A stretch of DNA of 63,931 bases, filler included, from Octopus bimaculoides (GCF_001194135.2; 6 parts of 6 records of this genome joined end to end with filler, not necessarily neighbours in it), one strand, 5' to 3'; counted from the first letter of the whole stretch, positions 23,545-36,290 are shown. The notes: a model not told the origin generated them from the sequence alone. Numbers and translations: made by a program.

Positions 23545-24268
23545 TTGGTTTGCGTTTTGTTATTGGTGAAGATTCCATGCTATGTAAGTATCATATATGT
23601 AAGTATACATTTTTCTAAATCTTGTACGACTCTGTTTCTGTCTATCAGCCCTTTCACTCTTATTCGTTCATTCCATTCTTCGTTCTTTCGTTCCCCCTCT
23701 CTCACATTTCCTTGCCTTCTCTTATTGCTCACTTTCCGTCCACTTTTCACTTCACTGTGTCCCTGTCATTTTTACTCGCCCCTCCTTATTTCTTTTGTCC
23801 CTCTGTCTCTACTCCTCTCTCTCTTCTCTTTCCACGCGACCGGCATTCGGCCAAGCCTAGTCTTTCTTTCTTGGTCGGCCGTTGTCCGTGCAACATCGAT
23901 ATTCCTCCCTGTGCCCGTGAAATCTTGTATCCCTGCCGTAAACCTTTATTTCCACACATGTCAGCTTCATTTAATTCATCCTTAGTCGAAAGACACTTGT
24001 TGTTATGTCCTGTTATAATTTTTATTGTATTTGTGTAACATTGTTCGGTTATTTTTTTCGTCCTTGTTTTTGTATACATTCGCTGCTTTCTTCCAAAGAA
24101 TCTAATGCTCTTAGCTTAGTTTTTCCTTGGGGCTGGCCAGATTGGAGCAATCTCGAGTATAGCCAGCCGAAATTGCAAAGATAATCTGAAACTCGACTGA
24201 AGAAAGAAAACTCCAAATGACCTGTCCTTGTTTTCTTTGTATCGTCTATCTGAATGTTTTGCGTTCTT
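23545..24268. repeat. Interspersed repeat, inverted relative to the copy at 53745-54170; possibly PLE-terminal sequence
   Basis: 23940-24268 is the reverse complement of ~53820-54170; the ORF track gives the same peptide TQNIQIDDTKKTRTG.../MQNIQTDDTKKTRTG.... Confidence 0.75.
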
Positions 24269-24885
24269 NNNNNNNNNNNNNNNNNNNNNNNNNNNNNNNN
24301 NNNNNNNNNNNNNNNNNNNNNNNNNNNNNNNNNNNNNNNNNNNNNNNNNNNNNNNNNNNNNNNNNNNNNNNNNNNNNNNNNNNNNNNNNNNNNNNNNNNN
24401 NNNNNNNNNNNNNNNNNNNNNNNNNNNNNNNNNNNNNNNNNNNNNNNNNNNNNNNNNNNNNNNNNNNNNNNNNNNNNNNNNNNNNNNNNNNNNNNNNNNN
24501 NNNNNNNNNNNNNNNNNNNNNNNNNNNNNNNNNNNNNNNNNNNNNNNNNNNNNNNNNNNNNNNNNNNNNNNNNNNNNNNNNNNNNNNNNNNNNNNNNNNN
24601 NNNNNNNNNNNNNNNNNNNNNNNNNNNNNNNNNNNNNNNNNNNNNNNNNNNNNNNNNNNNNNNNNNNNNNNNNNNNNNNNNNNNNNNNNNNNNNNNNNNN
24701 NNNNNNNNNNNNNNNNNNNNNNNNNNNNNNNNNNNNNNNNNNNNNNNNNNNNNNNNNNNNNNNNNNNNNNNNNNNNNNNNNNNNNNNNNNNNNNNNNNNN
24801 NNNNNNNNNNNNNNNNNNNTATATATATATATATATATATATTCGTTTTGCAAGATTCTTGATGTGAATTCATGTGTTGAAATAG

Positions 24886-25704
24886 ATATTGTTGTATTTG
24901 GGGATGGTCATGTTGCCAGTTTAGCCAATAAAAACACACGCACTATATATGTGGTGTTAATTTGCTTCACCTTTATTTTATATTAATCGTATTTCGCCCA
25001 GAGTTCTTTCGTCACACTTCTGTGACTTCATCAGTGGTCCTTTGCTTTCTTCTTTCTTTTTTGTGTGTCTTCCCTTACTAATGATCAGCGATTTTGTATT
25101 CCTATTGTATGTGCCTTTATTTGCGCATGCGTATACCCCTCTGTGTGTCTATGTTTAGTAAGTGTGTGTATGGGGGAAAGTGTCTGTATTGTTAGTATCC
25201 CCAGTTTATACACGTTCGTTTAATTTGTTTCTATTTATTTTGTTCATGTGTTTATACATACTTATTTTTTTATATTCTTTCTTTTTTTGTATTTAATTTA
25301 ATTTATTTTGTTAATGTTTATAGTTATTTAATTCCATTTGTTTATCTGTGTATTGTATTATATTTTGTTCACATTGTTATCGGCTTATGGGGTTCTTATT
25401 CTGTCATATGTTGTGGTGTGTCGGGGCTGTGTGTTAGTGTTCCATTCCAGTTCCTATTCAGACTAGGTTTATCTTCTATTACGTGTGTAGTTTCTGCAAT
25501 TTGTCTAAGCGTTGCGTCTGTTCTATGTGTGGACAAGATATTTAAAATTTTGTCCAAATATATACACAGATAAACAAATGGAATTAAATAACTATATACA
25601 TTAACAAAATAAATTAAATTAAAATAAAGCTGAAGCAAATTAACACCAAATATATAGTGCGTGTGTTTCTATTGGCTAAACTGGCAACATGACCATCCCT
25701 AAAT

Positions 25705-25714
<10 letters not shown>
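24886..25714 (-). mobile_element. 5'-truncated Penelope-like element (GIY-YIG tail plus 3' UTR with hammerhead) with an inverted partial 3' copy
   Basis: 25370-25556 (-) encodes ILSTHRTDATLRQIAETTHVIEDKPSLN, similar to a GIY-YIG C-terminus. 25563-25714 is the reverse complement of 25291-25352 joined to 24886-24980. Confidence 0.7.
24995..25040 (-). ncRNA. Minimal type I hammerhead motif
   Basis: GGACCA-CTGATGA-A-GTCACA(GAAG)TGTGAC-GAAA-GAAC-TC^TGGGC. This gives a perfect 6-bp stem II, an extra A after A9, a short stem I (CCA/TGG) and a minimal stem III. Confidence 0.65.
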
Positions 25715-25741
<27 letters not shown>

Positions 25742-25763
25742 TATATATGGAAGGAACACTTAC

Positions 25764-25899
25764 CTCAGTGTGATTTAAGTGCTTGCGGATGTCTAAAAGT
25801 GTCATAAATTGTGTGCCGTTGACAATACCTGTTTCGCCACTTATTCCAATTGCATGGTAATTCAAAGATAGAAGATATGGAATTTGTGATTTAGGTACA
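25764..25899 (-). CDS. METTL24: METTL24-like internal exon (136 nt)
   Basis: cacAG|...GAG|GTAAGT; phases 2 and 0; VPKSQIPYLLSLNYHAIGISGETGIVNGTQFMTLLDIRKHLNHTE (family FHxIG...TLxxIxxxLxH motif). Confidence 0.88.
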
Positions 25900-26790
25900 C
25901 TGTGAAGACAGCAAAGCATGGGGAAAATTGAATCAAAATCACTTTACTTGGACAGAAATATGTTAACAAATGAGTGAACACCACCACCAGGTCCTTAGGG
26001 GTCTTTAGAAGCTTTTACTCTAAAACATTCATGCCAGTTCACCAGTTTGAAAACAACTTCTTTTTCTACTATCAGAACTGGAGGTCTTAAGAATTGAAAG
26101 AAATATTAGAATAAAAGAAACGTTGAAACATTTCATGTTAAAGAAGTCAGTATCGAAACAGCAATACCAAATAAGCTGCATCATAACGGCTGTGCCATAA
26201 CATCTCATCCACATCTTCTCTACACTTCTAACAATTCTTTGAACCCACTACCCAGGACTGGTTAGTTTTTTTTTTTTTTTTAATCATCATCAAAAGCAGA
26301 AAGTGACCAAAAAAGGAATTTTGTTCTACATTCCTTCATATGTATTGCGAAAGTGGTCTTTTCAGAATTTCAATACTTGGTCGTCCATTTACTTTTATAT
26401 GCATCACACACTCAATTCAGTGCATACAAACTCCTCACCCATGCAAGCACACATATAATAGACGAAAACGTAAGGCAACTGTAGGAGAGAAAGGACAAGG
26501 AAGCAGTGAAGCGGTCTGATCTCAGAACACAGGTCTCCATAAAATAAATCTATAATAGACCACAATTGGTGGTGAGACACTGTGTTAAAATATACCCTTT
26601 CAACCCATATTAGCATAGGGAATACAAAATTTTCGTGGAGAAAGTTCTCTGCAGAACTGGTTTCCCAGTCCTATACGACAATTTATGTCACAATTAAATA
26701 ATTCCATGAAACTAAATCTAAGTAACCTACTTCATGAGCTCCAACTCTAGCTCATTGACATGAGCTAGATTTTCTAATTATGAAGCACAT

Positions 26791-27776
26791 GGGATCCGGA
26801 CAAAACCCTCTTAGGACAAACACCCCTTGGACAAAACCCTCTAGGACAAAACTCCGTTAATTAAAATGCGAAAACGGACAAAACACCCTCGGTTATATTT
26901 TTTGGTTATTTTGGGGTTTTTCTTTTTCTTCTTTTTCTTTTTTACTTGTTTCAGTCATTAGACTGCAGCCATGCTGGGGCACCATCTTGAAGAATTTTTA
27001 GTCGATTGTATTGTCCCCAGAATTTCTTTATTTTCTTACTTGTTTCTGTCATAAGATTATGGCCATGCTATGGTACCACCTTTAAATTTAAAGTATTTTG
27101 TTTTTTCTCTGCACTTAGAGATAAATGAGAATGCACTGACCTTTTGAACTTCCTCCAGCCGCCGAAGGTCTAAGAGAATTACGGCGCCGAAGGTTAGTCG
27201 TTCAAACGTACTAGTTATCGTTTCTATCTTTCTACACATTTTGTTAGAATTCAGACAATATGTACATAGAGTAGTAAAGAGTCTTGTGTTCTGTTATTCT
27301 ATTCTAATTATTTATTTTCGATTGAATATATTTTTGTTTGCTTAAAAATTGGAATTTTGGTAAATAAAAGTTTTTTTGCAACCGCAATTTCCATTTTTGT
27401 TTGTTTACGTGAAATTCAAGAAATTTGAAATTCAAGAAGTTTGACTGTTGCTTCTAGTATGTGGAGAGACCATCTAGGTTTAACTGAAAATCACCTCAAA
27501 AAATTCTGGGTTTGATACTATCGTCTAAAAATTTTTCAAGGTGGTGCCCCATCGTGGCTGCAATAACTTCAGCAAGTAAAAAGATAAAAAAATTTCTGGG
27601 GTCGATACGTTCAACTAAAAATTCTTCAAGGCGGTACCCCAGCATGGCCACGAAAAGTAAACGAAAAATATAACAGAGGGGTTTTGTCCGCTTTCACGCT
27701 TTAACTACTGGGGTTTTGTTCCAGGAGGGTTTTGTCCTAGAGGGGGTTTGTCCTAGTGAGGTTTTGTCCTACACTC
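26791..27776. mobile_element. MULE/Mutator-type non-autonomous element with subterminal tandem repeats
   Basis: Inverted ends are built of GGACAAAACCC(T/C) repeats. The flanks GAAGCACAT (26782-26790) and GAAATACAT (27777-27785) form a 7/9-matching 9-bp TSD. The interior holds SINE pieces. Confidence 0.65.
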
Positions 27777-28999
27777 GAAATACATACACCAACAGCTAAA
27801 GCAAATAACACAGATCATTGCATTGAACTCTTGGGCAAGGAACATTACTCTGTTTATTATAGTGTGTCTGGTTAATAAACAAGTTGCTTCTGTTCTTGTT
27901 GAGCTCTAAGTCATCCATGATTGAATACAACTATCATCAATGGCTTTCCAGCCGTGACAATTTCTTCTTTTGGCTCGGCACATTTCAAATATAACTACAT
28001 AATCTAGTAAGTCCTTTTTAAAAATAATCAGGTCTGATTTGCAAGAGAAAATATGTTTATATCAGTGCGGAGTAACGACTAGTAAATTGAAATAGCAATG
28101 CCTTGTGGCATTTAGTTGTGATTGAATTATCATCCTCTTACAACAAATATTAGATTTACATCTTCTGTCTTGTAGGGTCCTTAAATTAATTAGCATACAA
28201 ACTTCTGGGGTCAGTATAATCCACTAAAAAACATCCTTAATGGTAATGCTTCAGCATGGTCGTAGTCCAGTAAATGAAAGAAAACATGAAAAGAAAGCAA
28301 TAACATCTCAGTTTTCTGAAATATATTCAGCATTTTGAACAGTCCTAATCAATTAGACCTATAAAGAAAGACATTCCAAGTGTGGTATTCCCATTTTTAG
28401 AACTATCTATGATATAACAACATTTATCACCTATGTGTTTTGTATTTCTGTTAAGCTGGTAGAGTGTGGTTTGAGGAAAGCTTGTCTGCTATGTCTTGCA
28501 GGTTGCACAACTGTGTATGGGCTTCTCATCATTCCAAACATTAATGAAACAACAGTGCTCCAGTATATCCACAACCAACTTTCTTGACCAGATTAAAAGA
28601 GAATAATAACATTTCATAATTTCAACAATGAAAGGAAGTTTTTGCTCTAATTTCTAGTAGCTTGAGAGAGAGAGAAAAGTGGCATAGGGAACCCCTATGC
28701 GCGCCTTCAATGAGAGATGTAGCAGTAAAATCTGCCACAAATCGATCTACACTCTTAAGAAATACAGATACAAAAGACCACACATTAGACAATGTAGTCG
28801 TAGATGTAAATAAAAAAGATGGAATGGTCATTACTGGAAAGCTTAGACCTAGTTGATCGCGGCTGATCTGGCTTAAAACAAAAGCAACTCCCAACTGAAC
28901 TAAATATAACACAACTAAGATGGCACAGAGATAAGTACACTATTACTACTACTACTACTGATGCTGCTGTTGCTATTACTACAGTAAACCAGTACTTAC

Positions 29000-29074
29000 A
29001 ATGGGTCAAAGGAATGTACTTCACATCCATAGAGTATTTTCATCTCAACATCAAAACTTGAGTCAAGACCAATT
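29000..29074 (-). CDS. METTL24: METTL24-like internal exon (75 nt)
   Basis: tctttcaacAG|...|GTAAGT; phases 2 and 2; IGLDSSFDVEMKILYGCEVHSFDP (family SFD...GCEVHSFDP motif). Confidence 0.92.
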
Positions 29075-29155
29075 CTGTTGAAAGAAAGACAATATGTATA
29101 TGATATTTATGTGTTTGTGTATTGTGTGTGTGTATGTGTGTGTGTGTATGTGTGT

Positions 29156-29239
<84 letters not shown>

Positions 29240-29801
29240 GTGTCACTTTTTCTTGACTTGGCATGATAGGTGTAAACAAGTGTCACTGTCATACAAGTGG
29301 TGTCTTTTATTTTCATTCTTCTGTGCAAAAATGCTTGGGCATGGGGAAATAATAACTTACCTGAAAATAGTTGAGGGCTAAGAACATCTAGATGTACAAA
29401 ATTTGCATACATACATATATATACACATATACATTTCGTTTTGGGATTTAGTTTACAAGATTCTTTATGCGAGTTCGTGTGTTGAAGCATATTTTGTTGT
29501 GTCTGGGAAAACTGATTCTCTTTTTGTGCCTTATTATTTAACACACTCACCGGTTCAGTTTCCACTCGTTTACTTCTTTATTTTTACTAAAATTTTCGTT
29601 GCGTCTTGCAACTTTTTCAATAGTCGTTGACTCTGTCCGTTATCCGAGCTGCGTTCTTTTTGTTTGTTTGTGCGCATGTGTGTGGGTCAGTGTGCGTGTG
29701 CATACACATATGTATGTATGTATGTATGTATGTGTGCATGTACGTACGCATGTATGCATATATGCATGCATGTGTGTATGCATACATACATACATACATA
29801 C

Positions 29802-29850
<49 letters not shown>

Positions 29851-29955
29851 CATGTATGTATGTATGTATGTATGTATGTATGTATGTGTGTATGTGTATA
29901 CGTTTGTATGCATGTATTTGGCTTATTCATGTTTGTGTGTTCGTGGTTGTGTGTT

Positions 29956-30022
<67 letters not shown>

Positions 30023-30663
30023 NNNNNNNNNNNNNNNNNNNNNNNNNNNNNNNNNNNNNNNNNNNNNNNNNNNNNNNNNNNNNNNNNNNNNNNNNNNNNN
30101 NNNNNNNNNNNNNNNNNNNNNNNNNNNNNNNNNNNNNNNNNNNNNNNNNNNNNNNNNNNNNNNNNNNNNNNNNNNNNNNNNNNNNNNNNNNNNNNNNNNN
30201 NNNNNNNNNNNNNNNNNNNNNNNNNNNNNNNNNNNNNNNNNNNNNNNNNNNNNNNNNNNNNNNNNNNNNNNNNNNNNNNNNNNNNNNNNNNNNNNNNNNN
30301 NNNNNNNNNNNNNNNNNNNNNNNNNNNNNNNNNNNNNNNNNNNNNNNNNNNNNNNNNNNNNNNNNNNNNNNNNNNNNNNNNNNNNNNNNNNNNNNNNNNN
30401 NNNNNNNNNNNNNNNNNNNNNNNNNNNNNNNNNNNNNNNNNNNNNNNNNNNNNNNNNNNNNNNNNNNNNNNNNNNNNNNNNNNNNNNNNNNNNNNNNNNN
30501 NNNNNNNNNNNNNNNNNNNNNNNNNNNNNNNNNNNNNNNNNNNNNNNNNNNNNNNNNNNNNNNNNNNNNNNNNNNNNNNNNNNNATATAGGATATACTTT
30601 TCGTAATGAGATAAAAAAAAAAAAACAAGACAGAGTATAATATAGAACATTTATAAATCGAAT

Positions 30664-30710
30664 ATCTTACAGCTGTTTTTAGGATATTTATTATATCCCT
30701 TCATCGAGAC
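30664..30710 (-). ncRNA. Degenerate hammerhead remnant
   Basis: TCT-CGATGA-A-GGGATAT(AATAA)ATATCCT-AAAAAC-AGCT-GTA^AGA. Stems I and II and the ACAGCTGT palindrome are retained, but CUGAUGA and GAAA are mutated. Confidence 0.5.
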
Positions 30711-31033
30711 GGTGTGAGAGGATTATTAAGCAATAGTTAGTTTAGTTAAGATAAGAAATATAGAATGAATGCAGGGATATTGTATTTGTAAATATATTGT
30801 TTAGGCAGAACGGTATACATATAAGATTCCAGTACCTTGTGAGTCAAGTCCAATTGTTTTTAAGACTTGTCGTTGGCTTTGTAAATCCATTATTAAAATT
30901 CCGATACCCTATGAGTAAAGTCCAACAGTCTTTGAAATTGGTCATTCCACATACAGAGTTTATACACAGTGTTACTGTATCAAAGGTTCTATATATATAT
31001 ATATATATGTGTGTGTATATATATAAGCATATT

Positions 31034-31107
<74 letters not shown>

Positions 31108-31139
31108 TGTATGTATGTATGTATGTATGAATGTATGTA

Positions 31140-31235
31140 TGTATGTATGTATGTGTAGATTAGTATGTTTTATGTATGTATTCTCATGCGTATAGTTGCA
31201 TGCTCATATATATTTAAATGATAAACTTCTGGAAT
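31140..31235 (-). mobile_element. R4/Dong-type LINE 3'-end fragment
   Basis: Shares tattctca.gcgtatagttgc...catgctca.atatatttaaatgataaactt with the ORF end at 49770-49875. Confidence 0.6.
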
Positions 31236-31239
31236 AGAT

Positions 31240-33263
31240 GGTGGAGTAGGATATAGCCTAGTTACCCGGTTGTCCACTAGAGAATCATACCCAACGATTG
31301 GTGTAGCAGCAGCAGCATTTTTAACTGCTACAAAAGCAAAAGTGACGTCTTAGACAGGAATAATTACAGAGGCTACAAACTGCTGGACCAGGTCATGAAA
31401 GGGTCATAGCTTAATTAATTAGGGAGAGGGTTAGTGTAGATGAGATGCAGTTCGGATTTGTGCCAGGAAGGAGCACCACAAATAATATATTCCTGGATAG
31501 GCAACTGTAGGAGAAATATCTAACCAAAACTAGACTCTTGTACCTGGCTTTTGTCGACATAGAGAAAGCCTTCAACAGAGGAGTCCCCTGGTCCCTTATC
31601 TGGTAGTCAATGCGGAAGCTAGGGATAGATGAGTGGTTGGAAAGAGCTGTAAAAAGCCGTGTACATGGATGCTGTCAGTAATATGAAGGTTAGCAACGAG
31701 TATATCGAAGAATTCAGAGTACAAGTAGGGTTTCACCAAGGATCAGTCCTCAGCCTTCCTTTGCTCATCATAGTCCTCCATGCAATAACAGAGGAATCTA
31801 AGACGGGTGCCTCTGGGAGCTCCTCTATGCTGATGACCTTGTCCTTATAGCCGAATCACTATCAGAACTAGAGAAGAAACGTCAGGCGTGGAAGCAAGGT
31901 CTAGAATCAAAGGGCCTTAGAGTTAATCTAGGGGAAACCAATGTTTTACCAAGTGGAGAGCTTACAAATCACAAATCCCTTCAGGTATATGTCCCCTCTT
32001 GATCTGTAGAAAAGATGTAAGTAGTAACTCCATTCGATGTGCCCGGTGTAAGCTATGGACAAATAAGAAGTGCAGCAATATCAGAGGAAGGTTTGTCGAG
32101 AAAAATAGTTTTTCTGTATGGAAGGTGCACAGATACAATTAACACTAAAAATGTACAGAAAATAGACTCCATCAAATGCCAGGGGAAAAAACTAGATGTA
32201 GTTGATAACTTTCGTTACCTAGTTGACCAAGTTAGTAGAAGGAGGTGGATGCTCCGAGAGTGTAGCTACTAGAATGAGAATAGGCTGGACAAAGTTCAGA
32301 GAGTTGCTATTTGTGCTGGTAGCAAAGGGCCTCTCCCTCAGAGTGAAAGGCAGATTGTACAATGCCTGTGTGAGAACAGCCATGCTACACAGCAGTGAAA
32401 TATGGGCTGTGACTACTGAGGACATGTAAAGGCTTGAAAATAATTAAGCTAGTATGCTTCGCTGGATGTGCAATGTGAGTGTGCATGTACGACAGAATGT
32501 ATCTTGAGAGAAAAGTTGAGCATAAGAAGCATCACAGACGACTGCGCTGGTATGGTCATGTAATACGTATTGACAGAGGACAGTTGTGTGAAGTGTCGAT
32601 ATGGAGGGAACTTGTGAAAGAGGTACACCCAGGAAGACATGGGACGAAGTAATGAAGCATGATCTTCGAACGCTGAGACCTCATGGAGACAATGACAAGT
32701 GACCGAGATTTTTGGCGATATACCGTGCTTGAGAAGACTTGTCAAGCCAAGTGAAATCGCAGATGTGGCTGATGTCAGTGTCGTGTAACTGGCACTCGTG
32801 TCAATGGCACGTAAAAAGCACCTGAAGACGTTAGGTGATATACTGTGCTTGAGAAGACCCATCAAGCAAAGTGTAATCGTAATAGCGTTCAGATGCCAGT
32901 ATTGCATATCTGACAGTCGCGCCGTTAGCACGTAAAAAGCACCCTTCTAACTTTGGGTTTTACGGAGGCAATGACAAGGGGCTGAGACCTTTGGCAATAT
33001 ACCGTGATTGAGAAGACCTCTCAAGTCAAATGAGGTCGTAGTCGATGCCGATGTTTCGTGACTGGCATCCGTGCTGATGGCACGTAAGCATCCACTGCAC
33101 TCTTGAAATGGTTGGCGTTAGGAAGGGCATCCAGCAGTAGAAACCATGCCAAATCAGATTGGAACCTGGAGCAGCTCCCCATGTTACCAGTTTTCTCTTA
33201 AACCATCCAACCCATGCCAGCATGGAAAACAGACGTTAAATGATTGTGATGATGATGATGATG

Positions 33264-33268
<5 letters not shown>
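31240..33268 (+). mobile_element. RTE-clade LINE, 5'-truncated and decayed, with GAT-repeat tail
   Basis: VDEMQFGFVPGRST, LAFVDIEKAF, GFHQGSVLS, YADD (31826-31837), RIGWTKFRELL...VKGRLYNACVRTAMLHSSE; the 3' end is ...catgccagcatggaaaacagacgttaaatga(tga)n. Confidence 0.9.
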
Positions 33269-33308
<40 letters not shown>

Positions 33309-33895
33309 NNNNNNNNNNNNNNNNNNNNNNNNNNNNNNNNNNNNNNNNNNNNNNNNNNNNNNNNNNNNNNNNNNNNNNNNNNNNNNNNNNNNNNNNNNNN
33401 NNNNNNNNNNNNNNNNNNNNNNNNNNNNNNNNNNNNNNNNNNNNNNNNNNNNNNNNNNNNNNNNNNNNNNNNNNNNNNNNNNNNNNNNNNNNNNNNNNNN
33501 NNNNNNNNNNNNNNNNNNNNNNNNNNNNNNNNNNNNNNNNNNNNNNNNNNNNNNNNNNNNNNNNNNNNNNNNNNNNNNNNNNNNNNNNNNNNNNNNNNNN
33601 NNNNNNNNNNNNNNNNNNNNNNNNNNNNNNNNNNNNNNNNNNNNNNNNNNNNNNNNNNNNNNNNNNNNNNNNNNNNNNNNNNNNNNNNNNNNNNNNNNNN
33701 NNNNNNNNNNNNNNNNNNNNNNNNNNNNNNNNNNNNNNNNNNNNNNNNNNNNNNNNNNNNNNNNNNNNNNNNNNNNNNNNNNNNNNNNNNNNNNNNNNNN
33801 NNNNNNNNNNNNNNNNNNNNNNNNNNNNNNNNNNNNNNNNNNNNNNNNNNNNNNNNNNNNNNNNNNNNNNNNNNNNNNNNNNNNNNNNNNNNNNN

Positions 33896-33948
<53 letters not shown>

Positions 33949-34048
33949 TTACATATACACACACATATTTATAATCATTCAGAGATATACAAAGTTTAAA
34001 ATAGAAAAATTTTCCAATCATTGATAAAAGCGATAGGAATGTATTTAC

Positions 34049-34177
34049 CCAAATGCATATACCAAGCAAGGCTTCTTGGGATAATATCCGTTATCCAAAC
34101 AAACATTCCATCCTCCGTCTCCATAAGAACCAACGCGGGTTATTTTGTTACACTTCACCTGAATTTGGCCCATCAAT
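34049..34177 (-). CDS. METTL24: METTL24-like internal exon (129 nt)
   Basis: tactttAG|...TTTGG|GTAAAT; phases 2 and 2; LMGQIQVKCNKITRVGSYGDGGWNVCLDNGYYPKKPCLVYAFG (family C...R.G..GDGGW.VC.D...C.VYSFG motif). Confidence 0.93.
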
Positions 34178-35014
34178 CTAAAGTAATATTCGACAAATAA
34201 ATTATTAATTTTTCTTTTACATGGACACAGGGACTTGATTATAAAAGGCTGACAAGAGACATGAAGTGAAACAACTACAACTGGGAATGAAAGGCTGCAT
34301 TATTTACTTCACTCTGTGAAAGGTTGTTGCTTCTACTCTACAACATTAAACAGACTGACAGAGAATCGCAGCAGAAACTATATGTAACATTTCCTCGTAG
34401 ACCATGGAACTTGTTCTGGCTATTGTGTTTTTGTATCAAGTCATACTGAAATCAATTTTGCATTCAATTTTTTCAAAGGTTGATAAAATACAGCACCGTT
34501 CCTCTACAACAGACTGGAAGAATTTCAAAGTGTTAGATGAGATGCTTTGTAGGATTTTTGAGGGCTCTTTGCATTTTGAGTTCTTAGATGAATTGGTTTA
34601 AGAACACCGCCATCTATTCTTGAAGTGCTTTAAACGGAATTTTTTTCTGTTACAAGCATTCTTTCCAGGTTCTCAATTTGAGATAATTCACCATCTTCCT
34701 CGCTAGCTTAGGTTGGGAGGTTTGACAGGTTCGAATGGATTCATGGACTGTATCGTGTTCCGATGTCTGCTTTGGCATGGTCTGTACAGCTGCATGCCCA
34801 TCCTAATGCCAAAGAGCAAAGAAAAGAAAGGTAAAAACAAAATAAAGTTCGCTTTGTAAAGCTTAAGCGTAGAGATTGTTTTATGTTCATATTTCAAAAC
34901 TATTTAACAAAGTAGGCGAAATGAAACAGCTTCATTTAGGATTGTAATCAGTGTCTCTTGAACTTAATTCCTTCTTCGTAGAATTCAGCATCATTACAGT
35001 TGATAAAAAATATT

Positions 35015-35515
35015 AATTTATCTAAGATACACAAATAAATTTATTTCTCAAACGCGTGATAATGCTATAAATAGCGTGATCAGGATAAATTATCCATTTA
35101 TTGCAGAAAAATACGTTACTGGCCAGCCATGGGACTCGAACTCACATCTCTGTGATTACGCGTCAAATGTTTTATCATTAAACTAAACTGCCCAGCAAAG
35201 AATTCTTCTGCAATTTTAGAACTTATAAATTTAGCTTCATAAGACGCTAACGTTAAATTCAACTTTACGATGAAAGTAAACAAATAAAGTTTGTTCTTTT
35301 TTTTTTTTGCGTAATCACAGAGATGTGAGTTCGAGTCTCATGGCTGGCTATTTCTGCACTAAATGGATAATTTATCCTGATCATGCTATTTATAGCATTA
35401 TCACGTATTTGAGAAATAAATGTATTTCTGTATCTTACAATACATCTCAACGCTTCTAAATAATTAAAAAAAAAGAATAAACTCTGTTTGTTTACTTTCA
35501 TCGTAAAGTTGAATT
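35015..35515. repeat. Interleaved inverted repeats derived from a tRNA-headed SINE
   Basis: A (~35015-35160) pairs with A' (35309-35440). B (~35255-35285) pairs with B' (~35481-35510). The minus strand of 35110-35195 has A-box (tagtttaatg) and B-box (gttcgagtc) motifs. Confidence 0.75.
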
Positions 35516-35740
35516 AATTTATCTGTTACTAATTTATATGAATATTGGGTAGTTCTTAGGCTGAGTTAGAAACCCAGTTTAACACCACAGCCTTGGTTGC
35601 TTTTACTCTGTTTAAACATTCAGTCCAGATGTACCAGTTTCTCCTTGTGCCAGGTTAATCCTAAATGAACAGAGGAATGCTCAAAGGCATTCAAGCTATG
35701 GATGATTTATCTTTATTTATATGCACTTATTATTATTATT

Positions 35741-35794
<54 letters not shown>

Positions 35795-35795
35795 A

Positions 35796-35836
<41 letters not shown>

Positions 35837-35956
35837 GTTATTGTTATTAATATTATATGAAAACTCACAGCTACCAACAAGGCTGAAAAAGATCGGTGCA
35901 AGTGTGAAGGTAGAACACCTATAAAATCACCATTGCTTGGAACTGCAAGAATTCTG

Positions 35957-36290
35957 TAGGCGCAGGAGTGGCTGTGTGGTAAGTAGCTTGCTTACCAACA
36001 TTCATGGTTCCGGGTTCAGTCCCACTAGGCAAGTGTCTTCTACTATAGCCTCGGGTCGACCAAAGCCTTGTGAGTGGATATGTATATATATATGTGTATG
36101 TGTTTGTGTGTTTGTCCCCCCCACCCAACATCGCTTGACAACCGATGCTGGTGTGTTTACGTCCCCGTAACTTAGCGGTTTGGCAAAAGAGACCGATAAA
36201 ATAAGTACTAGGCTTACAAAGAATAAGTCCTGGGGTCGATTTGCTCGACTAAAGGCGGTGCCCCAACAAGTAAAAGAGTAAAGAGTAAAG
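35957..36290 (+). mobile_element. tRNA-derived SINE, family A (full length)
   Basis: Runs from aggcgcaggagtggctgtgtggtaag through to the aaaagagt tail. Confidence 0.85.

Noticed and set aside
24190-24235. CGA-CTGAAGA-AAGAAAACT-CCAAAT...CTGTCC (and the 53860-53900 copy) as a hammerhead
   Set aside because: GAAA is absent in both copies and no consistent stem I pairing was found. At most a very decayed remnant.
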